DNA of 62,948 nt, counting the filler, from Asterionella formosa (taxonomy: Eukaryota): assembly GCA_002256025.1 (NCBI GenBank). It is 11 parts of 11 records of this genome, joined end to end, with 100 filler letters (N's around TTAATTAATTAA, not from the genome) between each part and the next. Parts side by side here need not be neighbours in the genome. Positions count along the whole stretch, not along the records: positions 1 to 24,381 come from NKIB01002262.1; 10 more parts are not named here. One strand, written 5' to 3'. The position numbers and the translations under genes are program-made. Below are positions 10,838 through 23,117 of this stretch, piece after piece; position 1 is the first letter of the stretch, and every line of letters begins with the position of its first letter. A model generated the notes under the pieces. The model saw only the letters and a program-made list of their open reading frames with translations, did not search any database and was not told the origin of the DNA.

Positions 10838-13800
10838 TGCGATAATAGCTATATCAATGTATGAGATTGAACTATAGTCTGAAGATAATCTAGCTAACAA
10901 CGTACTTTCGGAAGTAAATTCTAGATATTGTGAGTTAGATTAATCTGTATTATATTGACTTTGGCTGGGAGTCAAAGAGTAATCGAAACTGATGGCAGTT
11001 GACACATTGGAACAAGTGTGGATATAATAAAATATATATCAGTAACTGCAGCAAAGGAACAATGGAAGCCAATGACGTGTTACATCATAAAAGTTACCAT
11101 GAGATATATATCACGCACTCCCTCATGAAGAAGCAGAAGAAGGGGCAAAGAAAGATGAGGCAGGAGAAAACTACCAACCCATAAGTTTCTGCCTGAGGTA
11201 GTAGATAAAACTGATGGCTGGTAATGGTTTGGTAAAGATATTGGCAACTTGATCAAAAGTAGAGATAGAGAAAAGCTTGATGAGGCCCAAAGTGACGTGC
11301 GAACGGAAGTGATGGTACTTCAGACCAATATGTTTAGTGCGAGGTCGAGTTTTGCGGTCAAGAGCAAGGGCAAGTGCACCAGCATTATCTTCAAATAGCG
11401 AACAAGAAAGGAGTGCCTGATGCATAGGAAAAATGAAAACCTGTTGAAGTTCAGCGATGATGTTAAGAAGAGGAATGACATCACGGAGAGATTTCAAGAG
11501 GGCGATGTATTCAGCCTCAGTAGTAGAAAGGGCCACTTCACTCTGAAGTTTGGAAAGCCAGAAAATGGGGCAACCAGCATAACAGATGACAAAACCGGTG
11601 TGTGACATCACTGAAATCAGATTCTGGGCATCGCCAACATTCCAGAGGCGAGCAAAGTCAGCATCAATGTAGCAGTGAAGAGATTGAGCAGTGCCAGCTA
11701 AACATCAAGCAATGCATTTGACAGCCTGCTCATGAGATAGCTTGGGATCTAGGCAGAAACGAGCACATTGATGAACCGCGAAAGATGTATCAGAGCGGGT
11801 GCTGGCAGCAATATAGTTGAGAATGCCAATGGCGGAACGATAATTTCAGGGTTGCTTGCAAGGTGGGCCATCGAAGTTGGAGTGAAGGAGGCCTTTGTGA
11901 ATGACTGGTGTAACATGTGTTTTGGAACCGTCTCAAATACCAAGAAGATCGAGGATACGCTGAATCAAAGCGGGTTGGATGAGGTGAATGGTACGGTCGG
12001 AACGTTTAGAAACACGAATACCAAGGTAGTCTGCAACATCGCCCTTGTCAGTCAAGATGAAGTCGGATTGGAGGGAGAGAATGAGAGCAGAGGAAATAGA
12101 AGCAGCAGTACAGGAAAAGAGGAGGCAATCATCAACAAAGACAAGAAAAATAAAATCACATTTGATGAAACAGCAACAATCAACTGAAGATTGGTGGAAC
12201 CCATGATCTTTGAGGCCAGCACGAAGTTTCTCAAACCAAGTCATGCTGGCCTGTTTTAAACCGTAGAGATTCTTCTTGAGGAGGAGAACGGAGGGAATAG
12301 GACCTTCATCAAAACCCTGGGGAAGGTTCATGTAAATAAAAACATCAAGATCGGCTTGAGGAAAAGCTAAGATAAAATCAACCTGACGGGTATGGAGATT
12401 TTCAAGGGAAGCAATGATAAGAAGAAGGCGAACAGTGGCCCACTGGACAACAGGGGAATAGGTATCCCAGTAGTTCAATTCGAAAGCTTGGCGATGGCCA
12501 CCAGCGCAGAGACGAGCTTTATGTTTGACAAGGGAGCCATTGGGGCGAATCTTGCGTTTCATGGACCAGACAGCGGGGATTGGGGTGTGGTGTTTTGGCA
12601 TGGTGGAGCAAGGTACTTTAAGCCAATGACCACGAGCCACATGTTCACGGACTTCATGATCGGCTGCCCTTAAGAAATCAATGGCGTCGGGATCAGCAAA
12701 ACCCTGAGTGAAGGTGAGAGACTCAGAGTTGGGAGTAGACACAAGGAAGGTAAAAGGGTGAAGAAAATTGACGGTATTGTCAAGATTATCATAGAGACGT
12801 TCAACAGAAGTAAGAGCAAGAAGGGAGGTACAATTGAGTGGATAGGAAAGGAAAGCAGCTAGACGAAAGAAACGTCGAGTGGAATTGTGTTCTTGTTGAT
12901 GTAAAGAAGGGAGCCGGATGCGACCATAGCGAGAAGTAGAAGGAGGATCCAGAGGAGGAGCAAAATTAGCTCCCTCGGAGTTGTGATTGGAGCGCCAACA
13001 GTAGGAGGAGCAGAAGGAGCGGCTTCATCAAAAGAGGCAAGATGAGCTCCCTTGGGAGGGACAAGGAGAGCTCCCTCGGAAGCGGCGATTTGAGCATCAA
13101 CAGCAGGAGGAGCTGCTCCCTCGGGAGTGATGGCGATGGGATCCGAAAGGGGAGCAAGTGGATCGGCAGGGACCACCAGAAAAGGGACAGGAAAAGGAGA
13201 TAGTTGTGAAGGATTAGGTTTGGTAAGAAAATAGCGAGGACCAATATCGACAATAGGCTGCCATGCAATATGTTGTGTAGAGTCGAAGGCAGTAGAAGGA
13301 GGACCAAGAGTAGGGTCGAAGAGTTCATCGGGATCAACAAGACGGACATGGCGTTGGGCGTAAAGGTCAGCCCAATGATTAGGGACTTCTTGATGGGTCA
13401 GCGATTCCACAAAAGAAAAATCGTCATCGAAAGCGATGTGGAAAGGGGTAGTGACATGACCTGCAGCAAGATTAAGAACCAAAGGGACACGAGATGCATG
13501 ATACTTAGAACTCCCAAGGCATGCACCCACCCAGCAGCGTTGTTCCCAACGAGGTATACTATTGCCGGAGGACAACGACAGGGCAGCAAAATGGATGGTA
13601 GTGGGAAAATGAAGGCAACAAATCAGAGAGTTAAAGGCGCTGGAGGATGCACGGACCATCAGAACGAGGTTGAAGATTACAGAGATCATTAGTGAGGCAC
13701 ATAGCAAAGGGCCATAAAGCTGACTTCACAGCTTTGGGCCACAGAAGAGTAGTATGGAGTAACATGGAGCGAGCATTACTAAGGCACAAGACACCAATAC

Positions 13801-15590
13801 GATTCTCGGCTAAAGCATTTTGATGATGGCCACCAACACCGCAAACCGTGATGGATTGGTCAGCGGCCAGGATGGCTGCTTTGAAGACATTATCGGCGAA
13901 GACACATTGACGGAACGGTAAGTCACAATGGCCCAACCATATTTCGCCATTTGTCGTTCAAAAGTGCATTTGCCAAGAAGGGTTTGATCGGCATTGAGGC
14001 TGGTTTGTAAATGGACATAACTGACCATGCTTTCGGTGTCCACAAAAACAGCGTCGCCCCGAAAGGATTTCAAAGTAAGAGCGCCTTTGGAGTGACCAAC
14101 AGCCAAGGCCAGGTTCGGAACAAGAGAAGTGATCGATGGAAGCAGAGCCAGGACGAAGAGGGCCATCTGGGAGAATAAACGGCATAGACATGAGACTGTT
14201 GATAACCGAACCAGGAGGTTTCATAGTGCGCCAGGGTTTGCGATGGAGTTTACCATAAAGACATGCCGCACACTTTGGAAGCGGGCAGGTGGAGGTGTCG
14301 CGAATGGAGGTATGGATCTGTCCAGAGATGATCATGGATTGGACAACTGATAGATGCATGTTTCCCAGACGAGAGTGGAGGCGGAGGAGTTCGAGTTGAG
14401 CGGGAGAAAGAGGGACTACCGGATGGACCAAGGCAGGAAGATGGTGGACAACAGACACAGAGGCAGCAATCGGAGGGGCGGAACTGGAATGGGGAAGAAC
14501 ATTGGAGCAAGGATTGGAGTCACCAGGCGGACAGTGTAGAGACGGGCAAGGCATGATAGCAATCAACAAGGATCCATAGAGAGCAGTAAAAGGGCCTTCA
14601 AAAATTTTTCGGAAAGTTGTCAAACCAGGGCCACAAGTGAGAATGGGGATACCGGAGCAAGGGGGGTGAACAATAGTACATTCGAATTGGTGATGGTTGA
14701 AAACAAGAAGAGAGTGAGTACCATAGGTGGTAATGAAGGTACCATTGGTGTCAAGATCGGCGAAAACATCACGAGAAAAGGCTTGTGGGCGACAGAGGCG
14801 AAGAGGGCAGGATGGTAAATACGCCACATGAAGAATTCGAGCCGTATGAAGGAAGTGATTATCATCGCGGAAATGCCAGAGAACAATGCCAAAACCAAGA
14901 GGACTAGAGGGACCACCAACGCCATGGATGGGAACAGAATTAGGATCAGCAGGAATAAAATCGATAAAAATAAATCCCGTTTATCATTAGTAACGCAATA
15001 GGAGGTGGAGTTATCAAATACAAAGTCGTACGTGTCAACATCAAAGTTACTGAAGGGAGAAGGAAGGATATACAAAGCAGCCGCAGAAAGAGTCATGACA
15101 AATTGAGTGAGGGCGGCAGTCGTAGAAAGAGATAAACGTTGAGAGAAAACACATTTTAGATAGCCAAGATGAAAAATACGCTGGAGCGAAGCAAGAATCA
15201 AATAGAGAAGTGTATCTGAACCACTGGAAGCGGAATTATAGGTATCATATAGACCAGGGTAGATATAGATAAAGAGAGCTAGGTAGCTAGGAAACCATGG
15301 GGAGACGGAAAAATGGAACAAGAAAAACTGTCCAAAAAGAACAAAGAGCGCAAACGAGAGTGACCACGTAAAAAGAACATGAAGTGCGTAGAGAGCATAA
15401 CGTGGGAGAAAATAAGGAGTGTAGAGGGGTAGGCAGCGAAGTAGGCGGGAACAATGCGGGAAGGACCACAGAGGGAATCAATCAAAGTAGACGTGTAGAA
15501 ATGATAGCGCAGAGGTGATGAGTAAGAACGTGGAAAAGAACACCAGCAGCAAAGAGATGTGGAGAAGGAAGGAAACCAGACAAAAGATCT
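10838..15590 (-). mobile_element. Degenerate Ty1/Copia LTR retrotransposon (pol + probable 3' LTR; 5' end missing)
   Basis: Order on the minus strand is PR-like (FVFDNSTSYCVTNDKRD), integrase Zn finger (HSRLG...CAACLYGK), integrase core (GVGGHHQNALAENRI), RT (KARLCAGGHRQ, YSPVV, LYGLKQA, FVDD), RNase H (ALSTTEAEYIAL, EDNAGA, RTKHI). Many frameshifts. Purine tract GAGGGAG followed by TGCGTGATATA at 11117. The LTR distal end (~10838) is a guess. Confidence 0.9.
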
Positions 15591-15599
15591 TGGAACAGT

Positions 15600-18500
15600 T
15601 TGGCCTCAAGTGACAACGACAAATTCTCATGAGGATATGTTTCAGTTGGAAATAACTGTTCTTCAATTTTGTATCGACAAAATTTTGTCATCCTATTTAG
15701 ATTTAAAAATGTTGAACAAAGTATTTGGACGAGTTCCTTGCAACTCTTCTTTCAAGAAGGATGAAGTTGTCTACATAAAATCCATGAAAACAACAAAGTA
15801 ATGACAAACGTGCTCCCTTCAAATGGTATAATCATGCACCTCTTGGCCAAATTTCTGGATGCATCAAAATTGACAAAAAGTTGAAAGAAAATTTTGTATC
15901 TGATGATGGCCCTTCTGGAATCAACTTGAAGAAGTTTGCAGACTCATATCGAGCTGCAGTTGAAAAGTGGAGAAGCAAAATTTCGGACGAAACGAGAAGG
16001 ACAATCTTAGGTTCTTTGGGAGTGAAAAAGAACAAATAATGGACCATTGGATAATCATTTCTTAGGAAATTGTAGTTTGTGAAAACCTCATAATAACCAA
16101 TTTAGTATGCGAAACTATATTGTTACCATTATCATTTATATTATTCTGCAAATGATCACCAAGTCAGGATATTAAAAGGATAGAATGAAAATGAATTAAT
16201 TTAAAATAATAAATTGAGTGCCACTTCGAACATGCTGTGCTGGAAAATACAGAGACGTGAAATTATCACTCCACCATAGTAGTGAAAATGGAGGTATACC
16301 GCTACATACAGTACAGGCGGCACTAATAGTAATAGTAGTATAGAGCAACATCAATGTTTTCCTAACATCTATGATATGGTTTGTGCATTGTAGAAGTCTC
16401 ATACTAACTATATTAATAATATAACTACTAAGCATGCATTGGATTCTATTAGATCCATTCAAAATCAATGTCGTTATCAATGTCCCATTGATTAATGCGT
16501 TCATTGTAATCAATATTCTTCTCAGGAACATTTGGTTCAAGTGATTCAACAAATTGATGCATATCCTCTTCACTTACATTGGGAAATGAGAAGTATGAGT
16601 GTGGGTAGATGATATTTGCTGTGGGAGTAGCAATTCCACTAGGATTCCTTCCATATTCAGATCGATTCTTTGGTGAAAGTCCAGTGTAGATTTCCTTATA
16701 ATAAACGAGTAGATCATCAGTCCATTTATCAGTGAGACCATTTGAAACTGAACTTTCTTCCATTGCTCACACTTTTTTTGATAAGTGGTTTCCCACCAAT
16801 GTCGACAAAATCAGTAGAATGACGAATAGCTATCGTTCTCTGAAATTTCCTGCGTATCTGGATTGAAACCCAAAATTTTTTGCTACAATCGGAATTTTCC
16901 TTTTAGCACCAAGAAGCAAAAGGCTTCTGTACTGGCATTGATCAGCGAACCAACAAAACGTGTCTGCAAATCACACTGTGCCCGAAGACTGAGTTGAAAT
17001 TTGGTCATACCAGATTTTTCTCCTGTTAAAAATGGTTCTCCACGGCTTGTCCTGCCTGCCTATAAAATACACCGGAGCAAGAACATCACGCCAGACTTGG
17101 TATCCATGGCTTCCCCTTTCAATGTCCTTTGACTGCGCAAAACTATAAAGCGTGAACGCCCACCTAATAAAGTCATCAATATCCATAGTCTGGAAGTTAG
17201 CTATATTCTGTTAGACCAGCTGGTGTGTCATGAATTATGTTAGCATTTTTAATTCAAACATATTTGATAAGAATATAATCACCAACTCAAAACATCATGC
17301 TTTCAGAGCATCTCGGGCCCTGCAAGAACTTACCTAAGATTCCTTTAAATTGATTATTCAATAGATACATTCTGACATTCTCTCAACTTTTTAATGCACA
17401 TGCCACCAAATGTTGATTTGATGTAATCTAAACGTGCCTTGTTGGTACGTTCAATGGTCTGATTCATCGGAAGTAGTGCATCAAACTTACATGTTCACAG
17501 CAAAACTTCTTGGTCTTGAAAGTAAAAGCAACTCACAACCTTTGTTACAATTTATGGATCGGTTCAATTTTAGCTAAGCGAGAACGACGTTCTGATAAGT
17601 CTGCTGAAATTGAAGATTCTTGATAACCTCCTATGGACAAGCGAGTTTTGAACCGAATTACGACCTTTGTAGCGATGGAGTTTATTGACCAATTGATAAT
17701 ATCCTTTGGCAAGTGCAAAATTTTTTTCCCTCAGTTTGTCATGTACTTGTTGGTCCGTGCGATTAGAAAATTTGTGATATGGTACCATGTCGTCCATCTG
17801 CATCCGGGAGTTACTAATGGTATCATCGACAGGAGCCATTTTTCTTGTATCAAGAACTGAAAAAGAATATGTCATCATCTCTTTCAGTATCAATTATGGG
17901 AGCCTTTGTACTAGTAGCTGATGGTGTCCCCATCGACAATGGGGTAGTACCCCCACTAACTCCCTGTTGCCGATTGGGTTCCTTTGGATGATCGCCTATT
18001 CGCTTTTTCTTTGTTAACTCATTTTGGTACTTGATTCTTTGTTCCATACCGGCAGTATTTGCCACATGTCGCTTGTTTGTTTCATGAACCTTTTTATGGT
18101 TACTTGAAGACATTGTACTACTTGATAACTGTTGTCGTTGTCTTCCTTAAAGTTCGATGATCTTAAAATCAGGTGTTGCAAGCAAGCTACAATGAAATGA
18201 ATCATCAGCCACTACATATAATATTTTACGCTGTCTAGATATGATACCATAAAACCAACAGTGCTATTTACATTATCATATACAAAATCATAACCGAGTT
18301 TGAGTAATAGCATATTTTGTTTTCAATTATACGATTACACAATCCTAAAAATGTGATGATTTACTGTTCCGCTGCAGTAGCAACAGTCATGAACATATGG
18401 TGTTTTATTGCTCACTTACTTTTCCGACTATTCTCTTTCAATTTTATGATCATATGATCCTAAAACTATGATGATTTACTGTCCTGCTGCAGTAGCAGCA

Positions 18501-18850
18501 GTCATGAACATATGGTGTTCTGTTGCTCGATCACTAGTCCAACTATCCTTTTTCAATTTTATGATCATACGATCCTAAAACTATGATGATTTACTGTCCC
18601 GCTGCAGTAGCAGCAGTCATGAAGATGTGGTGCTTTTTTGCTCGCTCACTGCTCCGACTATCCTTTTTCAATTTTATGATCATACCATTCTAAAAGTTTT
18701 ATGATTTACTGTCCGACTGCAGCAGCAACAGTCATGAACATATGGTGCTCTGTTGCTCGCTTACTACCAGGTACCTGGTACTCTGACTACCTGGTCTGGT
18801 ACCCCCAGTATATCACTTCCTACCTGCTACTGGTACTCTGTATATATATA
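15600..18850 (-). mobile_element. Unclassified degenerate element: broken ORF remnants plus terminal tandem repeats
   Basis: Chain of short stop-riddled minus-strand ORF pieces (15832-18205). Its right end (18131-18167 and 18340-18852) is shared with 52904-53410 on another contig, so it is repetitive. No recognisable transposase motif. Confidence 0.5.
18320..18766. repeat. Tandem repeat, 115-bp unit, about 4 copies
   Basis: Unit atcctaaaactatgatgatttactgtcccgctgcagtagcagcagtcatgaacatatggtg... starts at 18342, 18457, 18572 and 18687 (exact 115-bp period). Confidence 0.95.
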
Positions 18851-20185
18851 TGTACTTGTCACCTGGTGCCACTTTGGATAGACACTCTCAGTTGTGATCA
18901 CAAAACAAGATGGGAATGCCATTAACAACACAAAGGCATATAGAAGGAAGCGTACCCCTCCTTCGCCAGTTATGTTTTTGCCTGATTCTTATGGCAAAGG
19001 GTAGGATTAGTCAGTTTATATATAATTATAGTGAATAATAAATTGTTACTCTATTAAAATTTGTCATTTCATGGGAGCAAATTAGTGTTAGTTACGAGGC
19101 TTCATGGGTGCAAAAAATCCAATTCTTTTCTTGCCACGCAGTTCAGGAAGTACCAGCAGTGCTACTTGTAATTGTCGTCGATTTCGAGGCAACAAAAAGC
19201 GATATTAAGCAAACACCTGATGGTCTGGGGTCTACTGATCCGCGCTTGAATTTCTTTGCTCAGTAGATTTTCGGCCCCAACATGGTGCTCGAGTTTCAAG
19301 TGCAGGCGGATGCCTGCATGGCATCTTCTGCCATGACAGAAAGGATCACTGATAACACTCTAAGGAAAGATTAAATCAAATAACTGGAAGGCAGTGAACT
19401 TCAAATGAATTGGAAGGGATGAAAATATTGGATTGCTCTTTGATGTGTTGTTTAACTGTCTCCTGACTTGTTCTCCCACTCATTATCAAGCAAGCAAATT
19501 GTTTGCAAATTCATCATGACACAATTTTTTCAGATGCTGGGGAATTTTCAACACCAATATCAAGAAATCCAGCTGGATTGATTGTTGAATGTACTTGGCA
19601 CCTTTGCCAATTGCCAAATTTCGTTTTCGCCCCATCCTGCACAGACATTTTTGAGATTTTTTTTGGCAGGCAGACTTTTCATGTATCTGAAATTTTAAAC
19701 CTATATAAACTTGTTGTCATGCATAACTACAGAAGGCTACAGTTCTGTAGATTTAGATTAACTTTTCAGAAATGAAATATCCATTGAATTGAGCCAGGGG
19801 CAAGGGATTGAAAACCCAGACTGAATCTAGTCTAGTAGACCAATACCCGGAGGTACATGGCGGCGAAGAACTGACAGGCAAAAGGGCGCGAAACCATCAA
19901 TCATTCTTGGAGCTCATGATACTTTTTATATAGCGAGAGTGTATTGACATTATTACGCTTCGCTTTTGTGTCTGCATTCATTGATTCTCTTACATGACAA
20001 CCGACCTACCGGTAGTTTGACTTGCTTTTGACCTGTATCGGGGAACACCGGTAATTATTTTGACTGACAGTCAACCTCATCATCAAGCCATTAGAGAACC
20101 ACTTTCCTCGTTCTTTATTTGCCTGATAAACCGAGAACTCGGGTTGTGTGTTGTTCCTTCGACGAAGTAGACATTTGAATTGATC

Positions 20186-21988
20186 ATGGGAGCGACACCA
20201 GCAGAAGAAATACAACGTCAACATGAAGAAGCCCTGGCCATGATTGGCTGCGGCAGTGTCAACAACAACAACAACATGGAGCAACAGCCAGTGCTTCACA
20301 GTGAGGAAATCTCCCTGCAACAGAAACTTGTTCCCATAGAAGACTTGGAGGAAACAAAGGGTATTGTTTGTATCAGCAGTCGAGCCAGACTCAATGTATC
20401 CGCCTTGCAAGATCTGATACGAGAAGGGTTCGACGAACCCAAGGTCGACGACTATAAACAGAAATCATTTTCCGTCACCAACTTATGGAACGAAACGAAC
20501 GCTGCCACGAACAACGTTCGCATCACAAGGCCGTCTCATGATGCTTGGGGGATTAAAAAGATTGTGCTACTCTTTTGTGATGATTTTTTACAAGATGTGT
20601 ATGAAATGCCCTGGTGGCATCAACGTGCCGACATTCGAGCCGCAGTTGCACCCATTTTACATGCCTTGCATCTGTCCTCGTCAGCAACACGTGTCGTACG
20701 GCTCCTTTTGGCAGCTCTACCTCCTGGTGTTACCATTCCAATTCATCACGATTCGGGAGAATGGGTCAAGCACACTCATCGAGTTCATGTCCCCATTCTT
20801 GTATCCGACCCAGCGAAGGTTGTATTTACGTGTGGATTGAATCCATCTGCGATGGAACGTGTCGATTGTACACCTGGTCATGTCTTTGAAATGAACAACC
20901 AAGCCAAACATGCTGTCAGTAATTGTGGAACAGACCATCGCGTGCATTTGATTTTGGATTACGTTGCAGAAGAGTTTGTCATCCAACGACGTGTCCTACT
21001 GGACCCTGGAGAACGATTGATTCAAACCCGTCGTTCCATTGATCGACTAGTGGAAAAAGGACGTCGTCCGACACCATCGTATCTTATTTTAGGGGTACAA
21101 AAGGCTGGGACAACATCCTTGTACGAATACATGGTACAACATCCTTTGATTGTTCGTGCAAAACGTCGTGAAACACATTGTTTGGATTGGAGATGGAATA
21201 ATTTTACCACCAATGTAACCAAACAACGAGATCATTGTTTAAGCTTTTATATGGCCAAGGAATTGGCATTGGCACCATCGTGTTTGTCGGGCGATTCGAC
21301 ACCCAGTTATTCTCTGGACAGTCGACGAGTTATTCCAAGACTCAAGCGGATATGGGACCATGACATTCAATTTTTTGTCATGCTTCGAGATCCAGTGGCA
21401 CGAGCCCTATCTCACTACTCCATGGTTACCAGTCCAGATGGAACACCAGAACAAAAGTTAGCCCGTGGAACAGAATGGAAAGGGAAGTCACTCATGGAAG
21501 TCATTTTGTTGGATTTAAGGAAGCTCAAGTCATGTGGTCTCATCCCCTATTGGAATATTGACGAGGGGACAATGGATTTAGAAACCTTTGACGCTTTCGT
21601 TGGAACGACACTAGAAGATGACGCTTGGGATGCCTACATGAAGGACATTCCCATTAATACTGGATCACATTCCTTGATATCCAGGGGTATGTATGAGTTA
21701 CAATTACGAGCATGGTATCGTGCCTTCAATCGAGACCGATTCTTGATTCTTAAATTGGAGGATTGGAAAACAGAGGGAGGAGTGGCACGAACTATGCTGA
21801 AAGTCTGGAAGCACCTAGGAGTGCCACCCTATCAAGTCCAAGATGAACAAGCCAAAAATACACGATCGTATACACCCATGGATGAGCACATCAAGGCATA
21901 CTTGCGAGCATTTTATGACCCTCACAATAAAAGACTGAAGGAATTGTTGATGCATGACGAGTGGATCAACCCATGGAACTATGAATGA
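20186..21988 (+). CDS. Fusion protein: Asp/Asn beta-hydroxylase-like 2OG-Fe(II) oxygenase domain + PAPS-dependent sulfotransferase domain
   Basis: Single uninterrupted 600-aa ORF. N-terminal half: LPPGVTIPIHHDSG (HxD), RVHVPI, HAVSNCGTDHRVHLILD. C-terminal half: ILGVQKAGTTSL (5'-PSB), MLRDPVARALSHY (3'-PB), SRGMYELQLRAW, AFYDPHNKRL, typical of HS 3-O/N-sulfotransferase-like enzymes. Confidence 0.9.
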   Translation: MGATPAEEIQRQHEEALAMIGCGSVNNNNNMEQQPVLHSEEISLQQKLVPIEDLEETKGIVCISSRARLNVSALQDLIREGFDEPKVDDYKQKSFSVTNLWNETNAATNNVRITRPSHDAWGIKKIVLLFCDDFLQDVYEMPWWHQRADIRAAVAPILHALHLSSSATRVVRLLLAALPPGVTIPIHHDSGEWVKHTHRVHVPILVSDPAKVVFTCGLNPSAMERVDCTPGHVFEMNNQAKHAVSNCGTDHRVHLILDYVAEEFVIQRRVLLDPGERLIQTRRSIDRLVEKGRRPTPSYLILGVQKAGTTSLYEYMVQHPLIVRAKRRETHCLDWRWNNFTTNVTKQRDHCLSFYMAKELALAPSCLSGDSTPSYSLDSRRVIPRLKRIWDHDIQFFVMLRDPVARALSHYSMVTSPDGTPEQKLARGTEWKGKSLMEVILLDLRKLKSCGLIPYWNIDEGTMDLETFDAFVGTTLEDDAWDAYMKDIPINTGSHSLISRGMYELQLRAWYRAFNRDRFLILKLEDWKTEGGVARTMLKVWKHLGVPPYQVQDEQAKNTRSYTPMDEHIKAYLRAFYDPHNKRLKELLMHDEWINPWNYE

Positions 21989-22367
21989 CTATCATACCAA
22001 ATATTAAGAAGCAATGAATTTAGTGGCTACTATTCTTTGCATATTTCCGTCAGTGACATGACAAAATTGCATCATTTAGAAAGTGATGCAACCGCTTTCG
22101 ATGGGAATAATAGTGACCTCAATTTTAAAACCTTCGTTTTTTCCGGTACATCACTTCTCTCGTTACTATGGCTAGCTACCGGTAGTAGAGTGGTCTGTGC
22201 AAAGAGTAATTACTATACATTGTGAAATATTCACTGGACAAATCAGCGAAAACGATTGAAGTACCGTAACCATCTACCATGTAGTAGCGACCCAGTCAAG
22301 TCTGGTTTCCGACTTGTTACAGGATTGTCCTGAGTCTTCCAAGGATGCCCTTGGAACAATCCTCTCG

Positions 22368-23117
22368 TTAATAAGTTGCATCATTACTACCAGCAAAAGA
22401 GTCTTGAAAATCGTGACAACTATCTCGTAAATAATGGGCTTGCTGCAGAGCATTCCTTTGGTTATCCTCAACCGATGGCTGTGGCTTTTTAAATCGGTCC
22501 ATTAGCCACGAGGTTCCCTTTCTTGAAACGACTGGGGAGTTGGCTGAACGGGATGGTGTTGCTTGTTCGAAGGGACTCGTATTGGCACGAGGTCGAAAAG
22601 GGTTTCTAAATGCAGGAGGCTTGATTTCCAAGTTCTTAAAAAATGTAGGCACTTGTCCAGGAGAATTCCTTGGAGGCGCTTGTACTCCCTCTTTCGGTTG
22701 CATTTTGATCAGTAAAAACTTAGGAAACCATTGCTCAATGAACTGCCAGATAAACCCCCGCTTGAGTGGCTCTTGCTTGGCACCTTGTTTGTTTCGTTCC
22801 TTTGCTTGCGCCTCGATTTCTTCGCGGGATGCCATCATCAAGGGATGAATATCCGTTGCGTCTCTATGCAGTTTGTAGATAGGTTTGTCTAGTTCTTCCA
22901 TGGTACGTCGATAGGAGGCTTCCAGCGCTCGTCGCTGATCGTCATCCCAGTGATAGTCCCTGGTCTCACATGATGTTGATTCAGCCGAAGCGGTCATTTT
23001 GCAGGAAATCTCTGATTCTGTCACGGACTCGTCGTCAGCGATGATGATCACTTGTTGTGGGATTGACCCCTGCGCTTGCACTTGCCCTTGAAAGCCCATA
23101 GTTGAATCTGACATCAT
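22368..23117 (-). CDS. Hypothetical protein (249 aa, low complexity)
   Basis: ATG-initiated ORF with coding-like composition; no recognised motif. Confidence 0.6.
   Translation of the reverse strand: MMSDSTMGFQGQVQAQGSIPQQVIIIADDESVTESEISCKMTASAESTSCETRDYHWDDDQRRALEASYRRTMEELDKPIYKLHRDATDIHPLMMASREEIEAQAKERNKQGAKQEPLKRGFIWQFIEQWFPKFLLIKMQPKEGVQAPPRNSPGQVPTFFKNLEIKPPAFRNPFRPRANTSPFEQATPSRSANSPVVSRKGTSWLMDRFKKPQPSVEDNQRNALQQAHYLRDSCHDFQDSFAGSNDATY

Noticed and set aside
18320..18766. CRISPR-like appearance of the repeated units
   Set aside because: Whole 115-bp units are homologous, with no unique spacers and no cas genes, in a eukaryotic context.
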